Shown here one piece after another: positions 10,221 to 20,236 of a DNA stretch of 64,000 nucleotides. The stretch comes from an uncultured Candidatus Bathyarchaeia archaeon. GTDB taxonomy: Archaea > Thermoproteota > Bathyarchaeia > Bathyarchaeales > Bathycorpusculaceae. Both the position numbers and the translations under genes were made by a program. Positions within the stretch are counted from its first letter, which is position 1, and every line of letters starts with the position of its first letter. The stretch covers positions 11,529-75,528 of the forward strand of contig CAYFXZ010000002.1 in NCBI GenBank assembly GCA_964347245.1. Direction: 5' to 3'. The notes under the pieces were generated by a model, which was not told where the DNA came from, searched no databases, and saw nothing but the letters and a program-made list of their open reading frames with translations.

Positions 10221-11369
10221 GTGGCTTACTTAAAGGGTGGAAAACAGCGAGATATGCCAGAACATTCGAAATTAGAGGACGTTATCAACTCTATAGAACA
10301 ACTTGCAGATTATTTGAAATTATCTTCTGATGAAAAGGAACAGCTGAAGCAAGTTGTCAAAATTCACCCCATGCGCGTTAGTCCCTATTACTTGTCTCTG
10401 ATAAACTGGAACGATCCCAATGATCCAATAAAGAAGATGGTAATACCATGTTTGGATGAGTTACACCTCGAAGGGTTTTACGATACAAGCGGTGAAGCTG
10501 AAAACACTAAAATGCCTGGTCTTCAACACAAGTACGCTGAAACAGCATTAATATTGGCTACAAACAGGTGTGCAACCTACTGCAGGCACTGCTTCAGAAA
10601 ACGCCTTGTTGGGTTGCCAACTGAAGAGATTGTTAAACGTTTTGAAGACGCAGCAGAATACATTTCAAACCATGAGGAAATAAACAATGTTCTAATTAGT
10701 GGTGGAGACCCACTTGTTCTTCCCAATGAAGTTATCAAGAAATTCTTGGAAGTGCTAACCAAAATTGATCATCTTAACTACATAAGATTTGGCAGCAGAA
10801 CTCCAGTTTCTCTTCCAAGCAGGCTCAGCGACCCAGAGCTTCTGGATCTTTTCAAGAAATATTCGCAGATGGATAGGCGACTATATGTCGTGATCCAGTT
10901 TAATCATCCCCGAGAAATAACTCCGCAGTCTATAAGCGCAGTAAACAAGCTAATCAACGCAGGTGTTTTGCTGAGCAATCAAACAGTTTTGCTTAAAGGG
11001 GTTAACGATGATCCTGAAACGCTTGCAACTCTAATGAATAGACTAGTGAGTATCGGCGTTACACCTTACTATGTTTTTCAATGCCGCCCAGTCAAAAGAG
11101 TAAAAACCCATTTCCAAGTTCCGATATGCGAAGGGGTAAGAATAATTGAGAAAGCCAAGGCAAAATGCGATGGGCATAGTAAACGCTTCAAATACGTCAT
11201 GTCACACACAACTGGCAAAATAGAAATTCTTGGAATACTGAATGACAATGTATATTTCAAGTATCATGAAGCAAAAAACAGGAAAAACTTGGGCGTCATG
11301 TTCAAACGCCGAGTAGATGAGAAAGCAGGATGGCTTGATGATTTCAACACGACTAATGGATTAGATTAA
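10221..11369 (+). CDS. KamA-family radical SAM aminomutase-like protein
   Basis: CATYCRHCFRKR (CxxxCxxC) and KamA-like flanks (SGGDPL). The start could instead be the ATG at 10254. Confidence 0.8.
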   Translation: MAYLKGGKQRDMPEHSKLEDVINSIEQLADYLKLSSDEKEQLKQVVKIHPMRVSPYYLSLINWNDPNDPIKKMVIPCLDELHLEGFYDTSGEAENTKMPGLQHKYAETALILATNRCATYCRHCFRKRLVGLPTEEIVKRFEDAAEYISNHEEINNVLISGGDPLVLPNEVIKKFLEVLTKIDHLNYIRFGSRTPVSLPSRLSDPELLDLFKKYSQMDRRLYVVIQFNHPREITPQSISAVNKLINAGVLLSNQTVLLKGVNDDPETLATLMNRLVSIGVTPYYVFQCRPVKRVKTHFQVPICEGVRIIEKAKAKCDGHSKRFKYVMSHTTGKIEILGILNDNVYFKYHEAKNRKNLGVMFKRRVDEKAGWLDDFNTTNGLD

Positions 11370-11415
11370 TAAGGAACAAAAATTTAGAGTTTTTAAAGTC
11401 CCAAAGTGAAGTGCC

Positions 11416-12504
11416 ATGTTTAATGTAACGCTAACGCTATCAGATTTATTACAACAATACGTCGGTTTGAATCAAATAATTAGTGAAATATTTGCTTTCA
11501 CGATAGTCTTCTCTTTGTCAATCATCATTGCTTGGATAGGGCACTCTCTTTTTAAGAGGTACCTAGTAAGATGGGCTTCAAGAACCCATACAAATTTGGA
11601 TGATGAGCTACTCCGAAACATACGGGCGCCCATCTTCCTTCTTGCGATTTTATTTGGTTTATACTACGGTTTAGTGGGTATTGCTTCGCTTCAAGCATAC
11701 TCCACAGAATTTACTCTCGCGTTTACAGTTGCCCAAATCTTAGTTGTAACTTTCGTAATAACCCGCATAATTAATGTTCTTATAAGCTGGTATGCTCAAG
11801 ACAGCGTAAAACGTGGAAGAAAAGTAAGCAACCACGTATTATTCATTCTTAAAAAAGTTTTGCAGGTTGCCGTTTACGTTTTTGCTTTATTCATAATTCT
11901 TGGAGTTTTGGGACAAGACCTCTCAGGCATCGTCATTGGTCTTGGAGTGGGCGGAATCGCCATCGCATTAGCTTTGCAGAACATTCTCAGCGACGCTTTC
12001 AGCGCCTTGACTATATATTTCGATCGCCCATTTGAGATTGGTGATTTCATTATCGTCGGCGATTATGCTGGAACTGTTAAGAAGATAGGCATAAAGTCCA
12101 CGAGAATTCAACTTTTGCAGGGGGAAGAACTGGTACTTTCGAACCAAGATTTAACCACCGCGTCTGTGAGGAACTTCAAAAAGCTGAAAAAAAGAAGAAT
12201 CACTTTCACGGTTCAGGTGAGTTGTGATACACCTATTGAAAAACTCAAGAAAATTCCAGAAATCATAGCCGAGGTCATAAACAAAATAAAAATGACGCAG
12301 TTAGATACAGTTCATTTTAGACAATTCGGCGCATTCAGCTTTGATTTCAATGTAGTGTATTATGTTAAAACGGGAGATTACACTAAGTACTTAAATATAC
12401 AACAGGAAATTAACTTCAGAATCTTGGAAGAATTCGAGAAAGAAAAAATCGAAATGCCTTATCCGACTCAAAACATCTTTGTCAATAAAAGAGAAACAGC
12501 GTAA
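11416..12504 (+). CDS. Small-conductance mechanosensitive channel (MscS family)
   Basis: N-terminal TM helices followed by an MscS beta-domain signature (GDFIIVGDYAGTVKKIGIKSTRIQ). Confidence 0.88.
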   Translation: MFNVTLTLSDLLQQYVGLNQIISEIFAFTIVFSLSIIIAWIGHSLFKRYLVRWASRTHTNLDDELLRNIRAPIFLLAILFGLYYGLVGIASLQAYSTEFTLAFTVAQILVVTFVITRIINVLISWYAQDSVKRGRKVSNHVLFILKKVLQVAVYVFALFIILGVLGQDLSGIVIGLGVGGIAIALALQNILSDAFSALTIYFDRPFEIGDFIIVGDYAGTVKKIGIKSTRIQLLQGEELVLSNQDLTTASVRNFKKLKKRRITFTVQVSCDTPIEKLKKIPEIIAEVINKIKMTQLDTVHFRQFGAFSFDFNVVYYVKTGDYTKYLNIQQEINFRILEEFEKEKIEMPYPTQNIFVNKRETA

Positions 12505-12599
12505 ACCTTCACGTAATTAATCTGGAGTATATTCTCAAATAGTAACGGTAATCTTTTTTGGGTGTGAAACTCAAAATCGCACTTGCTTATTGTAAAATA

Positions 12600-12918
12600 G
12601 CGGTGGATCACTGTGGTTTGACGCCTAGACTCCGCCTGAAGCCCTCAAGTCCTACGCTCTTACCCGCGACCCCTTGAGCGCTGAACGCCCAGACTTAGGT
12701 TGCTCTCTCCCGAGCCTGGCCGGGTTCGCCTGGTGAACTATGAAATCAGCTTCCCTACGGAAGCTCCTCATCGACCGCCAACCTCAAGGGACGGATAGTC
12801 AATGTTTCGGAAAGGAAGGTCCAAGCGGCCTTTGACGCCTCAGCCTCAGCTGTTAGCCCGTCATATAGAGGGTTTACGGTGCAAGGGACCCCTACCCCCC
12901 CGCCTAAGACCCACCGCC
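12600..12918 (-). ncRNA. ffs: Signal recognition particle RNA (archaeal 7S/SRP RNA)
   Basis: On the minus strand it reads 5'-GGCGGTGGGTC...GATCCACCGC-3', and the termini pair. Helix-8 core is CCAGGCGAACCCGGCCAGGCTCGGGAGAGAGCAAC with a GNRA loop. Helix-6-like hairpin is AGCTTCC-GTAG-GGAAGCT. The GC-rich ~319-nt island has no ORF, has a TATA box upstream, and is followed by an oligo-T stretch (CTATTTTAC). Confidence 0.9.
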
Positions 12919-12940
12919 AAGGAATAGAGCTAGTATAAAA

Positions 12941-12947
12941 CTATAAA
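12941..12947 (-). promoter_or_regulatory. TATA box (TTTATAG) for the SRP RNA gene
   Basis: TTTATA lies at -29..-24 relative to the inferred 5' G at 12918 and is preceded by a purine-rich BRE-like AGAAAAG. A second TTTATAC sits 8 nt closer. Confidence 0.55.
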
Positions 12948-13220
12948 ACTTTTCTAAGAGACGTTTATTAAACATTAGGGATTAACTGATTTTTACATGG
13001 AAGTTTTATTAGATTCTGAATTCACAGCTCTTTATATACACGTTATATGATTTTATGAATCAGCAACTAAATTAGGGAACTTCAATATAAAGACCGAGAA
13101 AGCACTTGGAACCTTGATTATCAGAATAATCATAATTTTCGTCGCAGTCGGCACGGGTATTGCAGTTTACGTAGCCAGAAGAAAAACTTAAGTCTTTCAA
13201 AAACAACTTTTTCTATTTTT

Positions 13221-14036
13221 CTAAGCATTCCTTTTTATCGCTTCTTTAAGCCTACCAGCCAGCGCCTCCAACTCCTCAAGCATCTTACGAATGTTACTTT
13301 GATATTTATATACAATATTTACAAAAGCGCTTCCTACGATAACACCGTCAGCCCCAGCCTCGACAATTCTCCTTGCATGCTCAGGTTTTGAAATCCCGAA
13401 ACCCACAGCCAACGGAACTCGTCCAGAAGTGTAGGGCACAAAACGCCGAATTAACTGCACAGTAGAACCATTCAAAGACTCGCGTGTTCCTGTAACCCCA
13501 AAATGAGAAACAACATAGAGAAAACCCGACGTGCACCTCACAATTTTGTCCAGGCGTTCGTTTGAAGTCGAGGGTGTTGCAAGAAAGACAGTGTCCACCC
13601 CACAACTTTTCGCGGCTTCACTATGCGCTTTCGCCTCCTCTACTGGAAGGTCAGGAACCACGACGCCGTCAACACCGAAGCTTTTCGCCAGCCTAAAAAA
13701 CCGCTCCAAACCCATACGGAAAACAGGATTAAAATACGTAAAAATCACAACTGGTACGCCAAACTTCTTTTTAATTTCCCCAGCTATGCCCAAAACCATT
13801 TGCGGCGTTGTTCCCTCCTCCAATGCACGAACGCTAGCAGCTTGAATCGTAGGTCCATCTGCTATCGGATCAGAAAACGGAATTCCCAGCTCAAGGATGT
13901 CTACGCCTCCTTTGATCAGCGATTCAGCAATCCTAGGAGTAAATTCGGGTTTAGGGTCACCTCCAGTAATGTAGCCTATAAGTGTGCCTTCACCTTGCGC
14001 CTTCAGCTTCTGGAAAACCTCTGCTATATCGCTCAT
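13221..14036 (-). CDS. trpA: Tryptophan synthase alpha chain
   Basis: [20 protein letters not shown] motif. Its ATG overlaps the trpB stop (ATATGA). Confidence 0.95.
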   Translation of the reverse strand: MSDIAEVFQKLKAQGEGTLIGYITGGDPKPEFTPRIAESLIKGGVDILELGIPFSDPIADGPTIQAASVRALEEGTTPQMVLGIAGEIKKKFGVPVVIFTYFNPVFRMGLERFFRLAKSFGVDGVVVPDLPVEEAKAHSEAAKSCGVDTVFLATPSTSNERLDKIVRCTSGFLYVVSHFGVTGTRESLNGSTVQLIRRFVPYTSGRVPLAVGFGISKPEHARRIVEAGADGVIVGSAFVNIVYKYQSNIRKMLEELEALAGRLKEAIKRNA

Positions 14037-15232
14037 ATTTTCACTCCCATGAAGTCAGCCACAACCTCAACATCCTTATCTCCGCGACCAGACAACGTAA
14101 CAACAACCGTTTCCTCTTGTTTCATTTTCGGAGCCAACTTCATCGCAAACGCTACAGCATGCGCAGACTCCAACGCGGGGATTATGCCTTCTTCCTTTGA
14201 TAATGCACAAAAAGCCTCCACTGTTTCCTCATCCGTGACTGAAAAATACTTAGCTCTCTTTAATGTTTTCAGAAAAGAATGCTCTGGTCCAACACCAGGA
14301 TAATCCAAACCCGCAGAAATACTATGGGTTGTTTGTATCTGCCCTTCAGTGTCTTGAAGAACATATGTTAGCATCCCGTGGAAGACGCCTTCCGATCCCG
14401 CGCCTAAGGAAGCCGCGTGTTTGTTCGATTCAATGCCTTCCCCTGCTGCTTCAACCCCGTACAGCTTCACTTCTGGGTGGTCTTCAAAAGGGTAGAACGT
14501 GCCTATCGCATTGCTTCCTCCACCGACGCAAGCAACAAGTGCATTCGGAAAACGTTTCTCTTTCCTCATGAACTGCTCTTTCAGCTCATTGCCGATGACG
14601 CTTTGGAAATTCCTGACGAGCATTGGGTACGGATGGGGACCCACAACCGAGCCTATCAAGTAGTAGGTGTTCTCAATATTGGTAACCCAGTCCCTGAACG
14701 CCTCGTTTATAGAGTCCTTTAAAGTTTTAGAGCCAGATTTCACTGGGTGAACCTCAGCGCCCAACAATTTCATCCTGAAAACGTTAAGCCGTTGCCGTTT
14801 CATGTCCTCAGAGCCCATGTACACTTCAGCCTTCAAGCCCAAAGCAGCGCAAGCAATAGCCGTGGCAACTCCGTGCTGACCTGCACCTGTCTCAGCTATT
14901 ACGCGCTTCTTCCCCATCTTCTTAGCCAATAACGCTTGCCCAAGCGTATTGTTAATTTTGTGAGCGCCTCCATGTGCTAGGTCTTCCCGTTTCAAGTAGA
15001 TTTTTGCTCCGCCGATATTTTTAGTTAGATTCTCAGCGTAATAAAGCGGCGTGGGTCTTCCGGCGTACTCTGAAAGGTAATACTGCAGTTCCTTTTTGAA
15101 GGTCTGGTCTTGTTTAACCTGTGAATATGCTTCTTCTAACTCGCCAATCGCCGCCATCAGCACCTCTGGAACGAAGCGACCGCCGTATTTTCCATATTTT
15201 CCGTCAATCGGGTAGCTACATAGTTTTTTCAT
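14033..15232 (-). CDS. trpB: Tryptophan synthase beta chain
   Basis: PLP-lysine region HGGAHKINN and GGGSNAIG. 399 aa. Confidence 0.96.
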   Translation of the reverse strand: MKKLCSYPIDGKYGKYGGRFVPEVLMAAIGELEEAYSQVKQDQTFKKELQYYLSEYAGRPTPLYYAENLTKNIGGAKIYLKREDLAHGGAHKINNTLGQALLAKKMGKKRVIAETGAGQHGVATAIACAALGLKAEVYMGSEDMKRQRLNVFRMKLLGAEVHPVKSGSKTLKDSINEAFRDWVTNIENTYYLIGSVVGPHPYPMLVRNFQSVIGNELKEQFMRKEKRFPNALVACVGGGSNAIGTFYPFEDHPEVKLYGVEAAGEGIESNKHAASLGAGSEGVFHGMLTYVLQDTEGQIQTTHSISAGLDYPGVGPEHSFLKTLKRAKYFSVTDEETVEAFCALSKEEGIIPALESAHAVAFAMKLAPKMKQEETVVVTLSGRGDKDVEVVADFMGVKI

Positions 15233-15879
15233 TTTCTAACATCCTTCGCATTTTTTATGAACTCAACCATTTTTTTGTAACTCTTAAGTCCAGGTGATTG
15301 CTCAACGCCGCTGGACACATCCACTGCATAAGGTTCAACAGTGCGCACCGCCTCAGCAACATTTGCAGAATTCAGTCCTCCAGCCAGAATCAACGGTTTT
15401 GGCTGAATAACTTGTCTAACATGTTTGCTCAATCCCCAGTCATGGACCACACTTGTTCCGCCATGTCGACCATCAACGAAGGAGTCGAGAAGAACTGCGT
15501 CAAACTGTTTTGCCACTCCTAAGATAGCGGCAAGGTCACTAGCGACATGCGCGTTGACAGCCCCTATCAACATGGTGTTTAGCAGTTTCATACGAACGGA
15601 AGAGAGGGCCTGCAGGTTTTCTCCGTGAATTTGAATGACATCTGGATTCAGCTTTTCATATTCTGAAAAGTCTTTGATGCTTCTCAAAACCGTGACTAGA
15701 ACGCTTTTCACAAAGGGTGAAACTTGCCTAATTAGTCTTTCAGCTTCATTTAGCGAAAGGTTTCTCGGGGAAGATTCTACACCTACCACGAACCCAACCG
15801 CGTCGGCTCCAGCTTCGGTGGCACCATCCAAATCTTCTTTTCGGGTTATTCCGCAGATTTTCACCTTAACCCCAGTCAT
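15229..15879 (-). CDS. trpF: Phosphoribosylanthranilate isomerase
   Basis: KICGITR N-terminus, TIM-barrel PRAI pattern, and position within the operon. Confidence 0.9.
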   Translation of the reverse strand: MTGVKVKICGITRKEDLDGATEAGADAVGFVVGVESSPRNLSLNEAERLIRQVSPFVKSVLVTVLRSIKDFSEYEKLNPDVIQIHGENLQALSSVRMKLLNTMLIGAVNAHVASDLAAILGVAKQFDAVLLDSFVDGRHGGTSVVHDWGLSKHVRQVIQPKPLILAGGLNSANVAEAVRTVEPYAVDVSSGVEQSPGLKSYKKMVEFIKNAKDVRK

Positions 15880-16676
15880 AACGCTGACACAAACTCCTTA
15901 ACTTTTCCTTCAACATCATCGGCTAACATCACGGCTGACCCAACGAGAAAAGCTTGAGCGCCACATTCATGCAGAAAACGCAGGTCAGCAGGCGTGCTAA
16001 TTCCACTCTCACTCACAATGACCTTGCCTTCTGCCCTATTCCTATCTAGAATTCTCTTGGTTACACCCAAATCTACCTTCAAAGTTCCCAAATTCCGGTT
16101 GTTGATGCCTACCAAGTCAGCTTGGGTTCTTAGGGCCGCGCGAAACTCCACCTCAGTATGTGTTTCCAGCAGAACCTCAAGATATTTAGAGTGCGCAGTT
16201 GCTATCATATCGCTTAAGTTACATTCACAGTAGCCTCTGTCAAAAAGAGCCTTTACCAGCAACACAACGTTAGCACCTAATTTAGAAGCCGCTTCCAACT
16301 GAAGAGATCTGAGGATAAAATCCTTCATAAGAATAGGCAGCTTCACTGTCTTCCTCACCTCAACGAGCGAACGCAGAGACCCATTGAAGTTTTTGGGTTC
16401 AGTTAAAACGGAAATACCAATAGCTCCGCCTTTCTCCATTCTTTCCGCTATGCTGCTTGCCTCAACGTTTTCTCTGATTGCACCCGCAGATGGAGAGGCT
16501 GCTTTGATTTCAGTGATGACAGGTGCATGTTTGGCTTCAAGAATTGCCTTTTTCAAGCTGATGCAAGAAAATACCTCCTTAGTTACCACTTCATAATACC
16601 CACTATCTATGGTGGCCTTTGCGCTCTGCGCTAGAGTGTCAAGAAAATCAGCCATATTTGGACTCCAACTCCTCAA
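15876..16676 (-). CDS. trpC: Indole-3-glycerol-phosphate synthase
   Basis: ITEIKAASPS motif and INNRNL. Position within the operon. Confidence 0.9.
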   Translation of the reverse strand: MRSWSPNMADFLDTLAQSAKATIDSGYYEVVTKEVFSCISLKKAILEAKHAPVITEIKAASPSAGAIRENVEASSIAERMEKGGAIGISVLTEPKNFNGSLRSLVEVRKTVKLPILMKDFILRSLQLEAASKLGANVVLLVKALFDRGYCECNLSDMIATAHSKYLEVLLETHTEVEFRAALRTQADLVGINNRNLGTLKVDLGVTKRILDRNRAEGKVIVSESGISTPADLRFLHECGAQAFLVGSAVMLADDVEGKVKEFVSAL

Positions 16677-17709
16677 GTTTTAATAGATTTCCACCAGAAG
16701 CCTTGATTAACGCTTTGAGTTTTTTATAAGCAACCCCGCTTTCAATTGATTTGCGAGCTATGGTCATGCCATAACTGAAATCTTCTGCTTTTCCACCTAC
16801 CATTATTCCCGCGGCACTGTTGACAAGCACTATCTCAGTTTTCGGGTCATCAATAGCATAATCACCGTTCAAAATCTTGAATAGAATTTCTGCGCTTTCT
16901 TCCGGTGTTGTTCCTTTAATATCTGCTATTCGCGCCTGTTTGACACCAAAGTCCCTTGGCGCAACCTCCATTGCTGCAACTTCGCCTTCCCTTAGCCATG
17001 CAATAGCTGTTTTGCCTAACGTAGAAATTTCATCCAACCCGTCCAATCCGTGAACAACCATTGCTTCTTCGCAATCAAGCCTCTTCAATACATAAGCCAT
17101 TGGAATCGTTAGTTTAGCGTCGTAAACACCGAGCAACTGCGCGTTGGCAGAGGCGGGGTTCGTCATTGGACCAAGAATATTGAACACGGTGCGTATGCCT
17201 ATCTCTCTTCTTGGCTGAACCGCGTACTTCATAGCAGGGTGGAAGGTAGGTGCAAACATGAAGCCCACTCCCACCTGTTCGATTATTTTTTGAACCTCCG
17301 CAGGTGTAATTTTAAGGTTCAAACCAAGCTTCTCCAGAACATCGGCGCTACCACTCTTACTAGTAACCGACCTGTTCCCGTGCTTCGCTATGGCAACACC
17401 AGCGCCAGCAACCAGAAAAGCTGCGGCTGTGCTTATGTTAAAAGTTTTTATTTTGTCACCTCCTGTTCCACACGTGTCGACAAGACGCCTCTTTACGCGG
17501 GGGTGAATTCTGTGGCAACATTCACGCATGACTTTAGCGAAAGCTATTAGTTCGTCAACTGTTTCACACTTCATTCGCAGGGCTGTCAAAAACGAGCCAA
17601 TTTGCGCGTTTGTTGCGTTTCCTGACATTACTTCTCTCATAATTTCCTGTGATTCCTCAAAAGTCAGGTTTTTTCCTTCAATCAGTTTCTGTATGCCTTC
17701 TCTGATCAT
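16648..17709 (-). CDS. trpD: Anthranilate phosphoribosyltransferase
   Basis: DTCGTGGDK and HGNRSVTSKSGSADVLE motifs. Confidence 0.95.
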   Translation of the reverse strand: MIREGIQKLIEGKNLTFEESQEIMREVMSGNATNAQIGSFLTALRMKCETVDELIAFAKVMRECCHRIHPRVKRRLVDTCGTGGDKIKTFNISTAAAFLVAGAGVAIAKHGNRSVTSKSGSADVLEKLGLNLKITPAEVQKIIEQVGVGFMFAPTFHPAMKYAVQPRREIGIRTVFNILGPMTNPASANAQLLGVYDAKLTIPMAYVLKRLDCEEAMVVHGLDGLDEISTLGKTAIAWLREGEVAAMEVAPRDFGVKQARIADIKGTTPEESAEILFKILNGDYAIDDPKTEIVLVNSAAGIMVGGKAEDFSYGMTIARKSIESGVAYKKLKALIKASGGNLLKLEELESKYG

Positions 17710-17712
17710 TCT

Positions 17713-18294
17713 TCATCTGCCTTCCAGAAAGTTTTTCATAACGAGTTTCCCATCCTCACACAGTATGGATTCAGGGTGAAACTGCACGCCGTCAATAGGA
17801 TATTTAGCGTGGCGGACGCCCATTATCTCTCCGTCATTAATAGCCACAGCGGTCACAATTAGACATGAAGGAATCGAGTATTTGTCACCTGCGAGCGAGT
17901 GGTACCGGGTTGCTTTGAATGGGTTGCGGACGCCAATGAAAATACCTTTTTCGTCATGTTTTATTGTGCAGGTTTTTCCATGCATTAGCTTTTTTGCAGA
18001 GACTATTTTTCCACCGAAAGCATGGATTATCCCTTGGTGACCGAGACAGACTCCGAGAGTTGGAACCTTGCGGCTAACGTCTTGAAGTATGGCTGTGCAA
18101 ACGCCGAAGTACCGCTTATCTTCAGGAGTGCCAGGTCCTGGCGAAATGACTATTCTGTCGGGTTTAAGCTTCTTAACTTGCTCTAGGTCTATTTGATCGT
18201 TTCTATAGACGATAACCTCTGCTCCGAGCTCTCCGATGTATTGGACAAGGTTGTAAACGAAAGAATCGTAATTGTCTATGACCAAGACTTTCAA
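17713..18294 (-). CDS. trpG: Anthranilate synthase component II (glutamine amidotransferase)
   Basis: Triad context GVCLGHQ and FHPES. Confidence 0.95.
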   Translation of the reverse strand: MKVLVIDNYDSFVYNLVQYIGELGAEVIVYRNDQIDLEQVKKLKPDRIVISPGPGTPEDKRYFGVCTAILQDVSRKVPTLGVCLGHQGIIHAFGGKIVSAKKLMHGKTCTIKHDEKGIFIGVRNPFKATRYHSLAGDKYSIPSCLIVTAVAINDGEIMGVRHAKYPIDGVQFHPESILCEDGKLVMKNFLEGR

Positions 18295-19706
18295 GTTGTT
18301 TCGCCCCCAGCTTTTTTAAGCGCCTTCATAAGAGCCTCAGCTTTATGGTCAGTTTCAACCCACTCACGTTCTGGAATGGAGTCAGCTACTATTCCTGCTC
18401 CTACCTGAACATAGGCTTTGTCTTCATCTGCAAATAGGGTTCGGATGGTTATGGCGAAATCGGCGTTACCATTATAAGAAAAGTAGCCGACAGCGCCCGC
18501 ATAAGGTCCTCTTTTGGTGGGTTCGAGTTCTTCGATGATTTCCATAGCGCGGACTTTGGGTGCTCCTGAAACAGTGCCTGCTGGAAAAACCGCTCTTAAA
18601 GCGTCATAACATTCTCTATCGTCTCTCAGATCTCCCACAACTTGAGAAACTATATGTTGTACATGACTGTATTTGTGAACTTTCATGAATTCTGGAACGT
18701 GTACGCTTCCGAATTTAGCAATTTTTCCTACGTCGTTTCTAGCCAAGTCAACAAGCATTACGTGCTCAGCCCGTTCTTTAGGATCTGCAAGCAACTCTTT
18801 GGCTAATCTTATGTTTTCGCTGTGGTTTTCCACGCAGGGTCTTGTTCCAGCTATGGGGAAAGTTTCAACCACTCGATTGTCAACTCTGACGAGCATTTCG
18901 GGGCTTGAGCCGACAATTCGACTGCCGCCTGCCTTAAAGAAGTACATATATGGTGACGGGTTTATCTCGCGTAGAGAACGGTAAAAAGCCATCAAGTCGC
19001 CTTCAATCCGGAATTCGTAACGCTTAGAAAGGACAACTTGGAATATATCACCGGCGATTATGTATTCTTTGGCTTTTTCTACTGATTCCTCGAACCGTTC
19101 TTTCGTAGTATTAGCTTTTGGCTGGCCATACTCTAAAGTCTCTGGAGTGCAGGTTTGAGTAGTTAGCGTCTCAACATCGGCAAAGCGGTTATCACTTGAG
19201 TAATAGTAGAATGCACGTTTTTGCCTGTGGTCAAACACGATTCCATCGTCGAAAAATCCCAGCTGGGTATCTGGAAAGTTTAGGTCATCACGAGTTTTTT
19301 GTGGAAGTTTCTCCCAGTAGCGAATTGCATCGTAAGAAATGTAGCCGACTGCGCCTCCGACAAATCTGAATTTGCTATTGAGAACAGTTTTACCTTTAAC
19401 GAGGTTTGCGATGGCGTGCAGGGGGTCGCTTGTTTTATCTCTGGTGGTTTCGCCTGTTTTCTCGTTGCGGATTTCTATGTCTCCGTTCTTTATTTTGATG
19501 GTTAATCTGGGGGCGAAGCCTATGAACGAGTATTGTGCTAGTTTTTTTGGACCCTCGATGGATTCGAGGAGGTAGGCTATTTCATGAAGTTTTTGAAGCT
19601 TAGAAAAGATTTCGAGGGGTGATTGGTTAAAAGGTAGCTTCTTGAAGATTAGTTTATGAGATTTGAGTAGAGCCTGTATTTGTTCGGAGCCAAATACGAT
19701 ACCCCA
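18291..19706 (-). CDS. trpE: Anthranilate synthase component I (start codon unresolved)
   Basis: Chorismate-binding signature (GAGIVADS, RGPYAGAVGY). The TrpE frame is open for 471 codons up to the TAA at 19707-19709. The first ATG/GTG/TTG in frame is the GTG at 19238, which would remove the conserved LLES...YSFIG N-domain. An ATG at 19707 is +1 out of frame (see finding). Confidence 0.9.
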   Translation of the reverse strand, partial: WGIVFGSEQIQALLKSHKLIFKKLPFNQSPLEIFSKLQKLHEIAYLLESIEGPKKLAQYSFIGFAPRLTIKIKNGDIEIRNEKTGETTRDKTSDPLHAIANLVKGKTVLNSKFRFVGGAVGYISYDAIRYWEKLPQKTRDDLNFPDTQLGFFDDGIVFDHRQKRAFYYYSSDNRFADVETLTTQTCTPETLEYGQPKANTTKERFEESVEKAKEYIIAGDIFQVVLSKRYEFRIEGDLMAFYRSLREINPSPYMYFFKAGGSRIVGSSPEMLVRVDNRVVETFPIAGTRPCVENHSENIRLAKELLADPKERAEHVMLVDLARNDVGKIAKFGSVHVPEFMKVHKYSHVQHIVSQVVGDLRDDRECYDALRAVFPAGTVSGAPKVRAMEIIEELEPTKRGPYAGAVGYFSYNGNADFAITIRTLFADEDKAYVQVGAGIVADSIPEREWVETDHKAEALMKALKKAGGETT

Positions 19707-19778
19707 TTATAGCAACCTTCTAAGTTCTAAATCCTACCGTAGTGTCTTATTTAAGGCTTTTGTGAACAAAAACATACA

Positions 19779-20123
19779 TTAACCTTTTTTTGACCCTGCC
19801 AAACAACTATCAAGCCAACCCAAATATGCCTTTGAACCTTCAACAATTGAAAGCGCAATTATTTCTGGCACTTCATAACTATGCAAAGCCTTCACCCTTT
19901 CAGATAGCTTCTCAAACAAGTCTTTGCGTGACTTCATGAAAACCAAGTATTCTTCTGCGCGCTCAATTTTTCCAGACCAGCGGAAAAGCGACCAAACTGG
20001 ACCCATTATGTTGGCACAGGCAATAATTCGTTCTTTGACAAGATGCTGCACAATATTTTCTGCTTCATGCTTGCTACTGGTAGTAACCAGTACGATAATA
20101 AATGCTTCCTGCAAATATCTCAC
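19779..20123 (-). CDS. cutA: Divalent-cation tolerance protein CutA
   Basis: CutA1 pattern (ACANI...W.GKIE...HSYEVPEIIAL). 114 aa. Confidence 0.85.
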   Translation of the reverse strand: MRYLQEAFIIVLVTTSSKHEAENIVQHLVKERIIACANIMGPVWSLFRWSGKIERAEEYLVFMKSRKDLFEKLSERVKALHSYEVPEIIALSIVEGSKAYLGWLDSCLAGSKKG

Positions 20124-20236
20124 CTAACTTAACGCTAATCACCCTTTTCTAAAAACTTTTGGTGAATCTCGTGTTTTAGTTTAAGTCACATCAACACATT
20201 TAAGGCTCAGTTAGATTATAGAAAGGCGTAGCGGAG

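Noticed and set aside
12800-12830. Plus-strand GGAAAGGAAGGTCC resembles the RNase P RNA CR-I motif (GAGGAAAGTCC)
   Set aside because: The match is imperfect and in the wrong position within the element. The minus strand gives a complete, self-consistent SRP RNA (paired termini, helix-8 core, helix-6 hairpin, TATA box).
13531-14303. Plus-strand ORFs of 104, 226 and 72 aa inside trpA/trpB, and similar antisense ORFs inside trpC-E, smc, metX/Y, the ATPase genes, topA and the NhaP gene
   Set aside because: These are shadow ORFs opposite strongly supported genes. They have low-complexity or Ser/Arg/Cys-rich composition, no SD, and no recognisable motifs.
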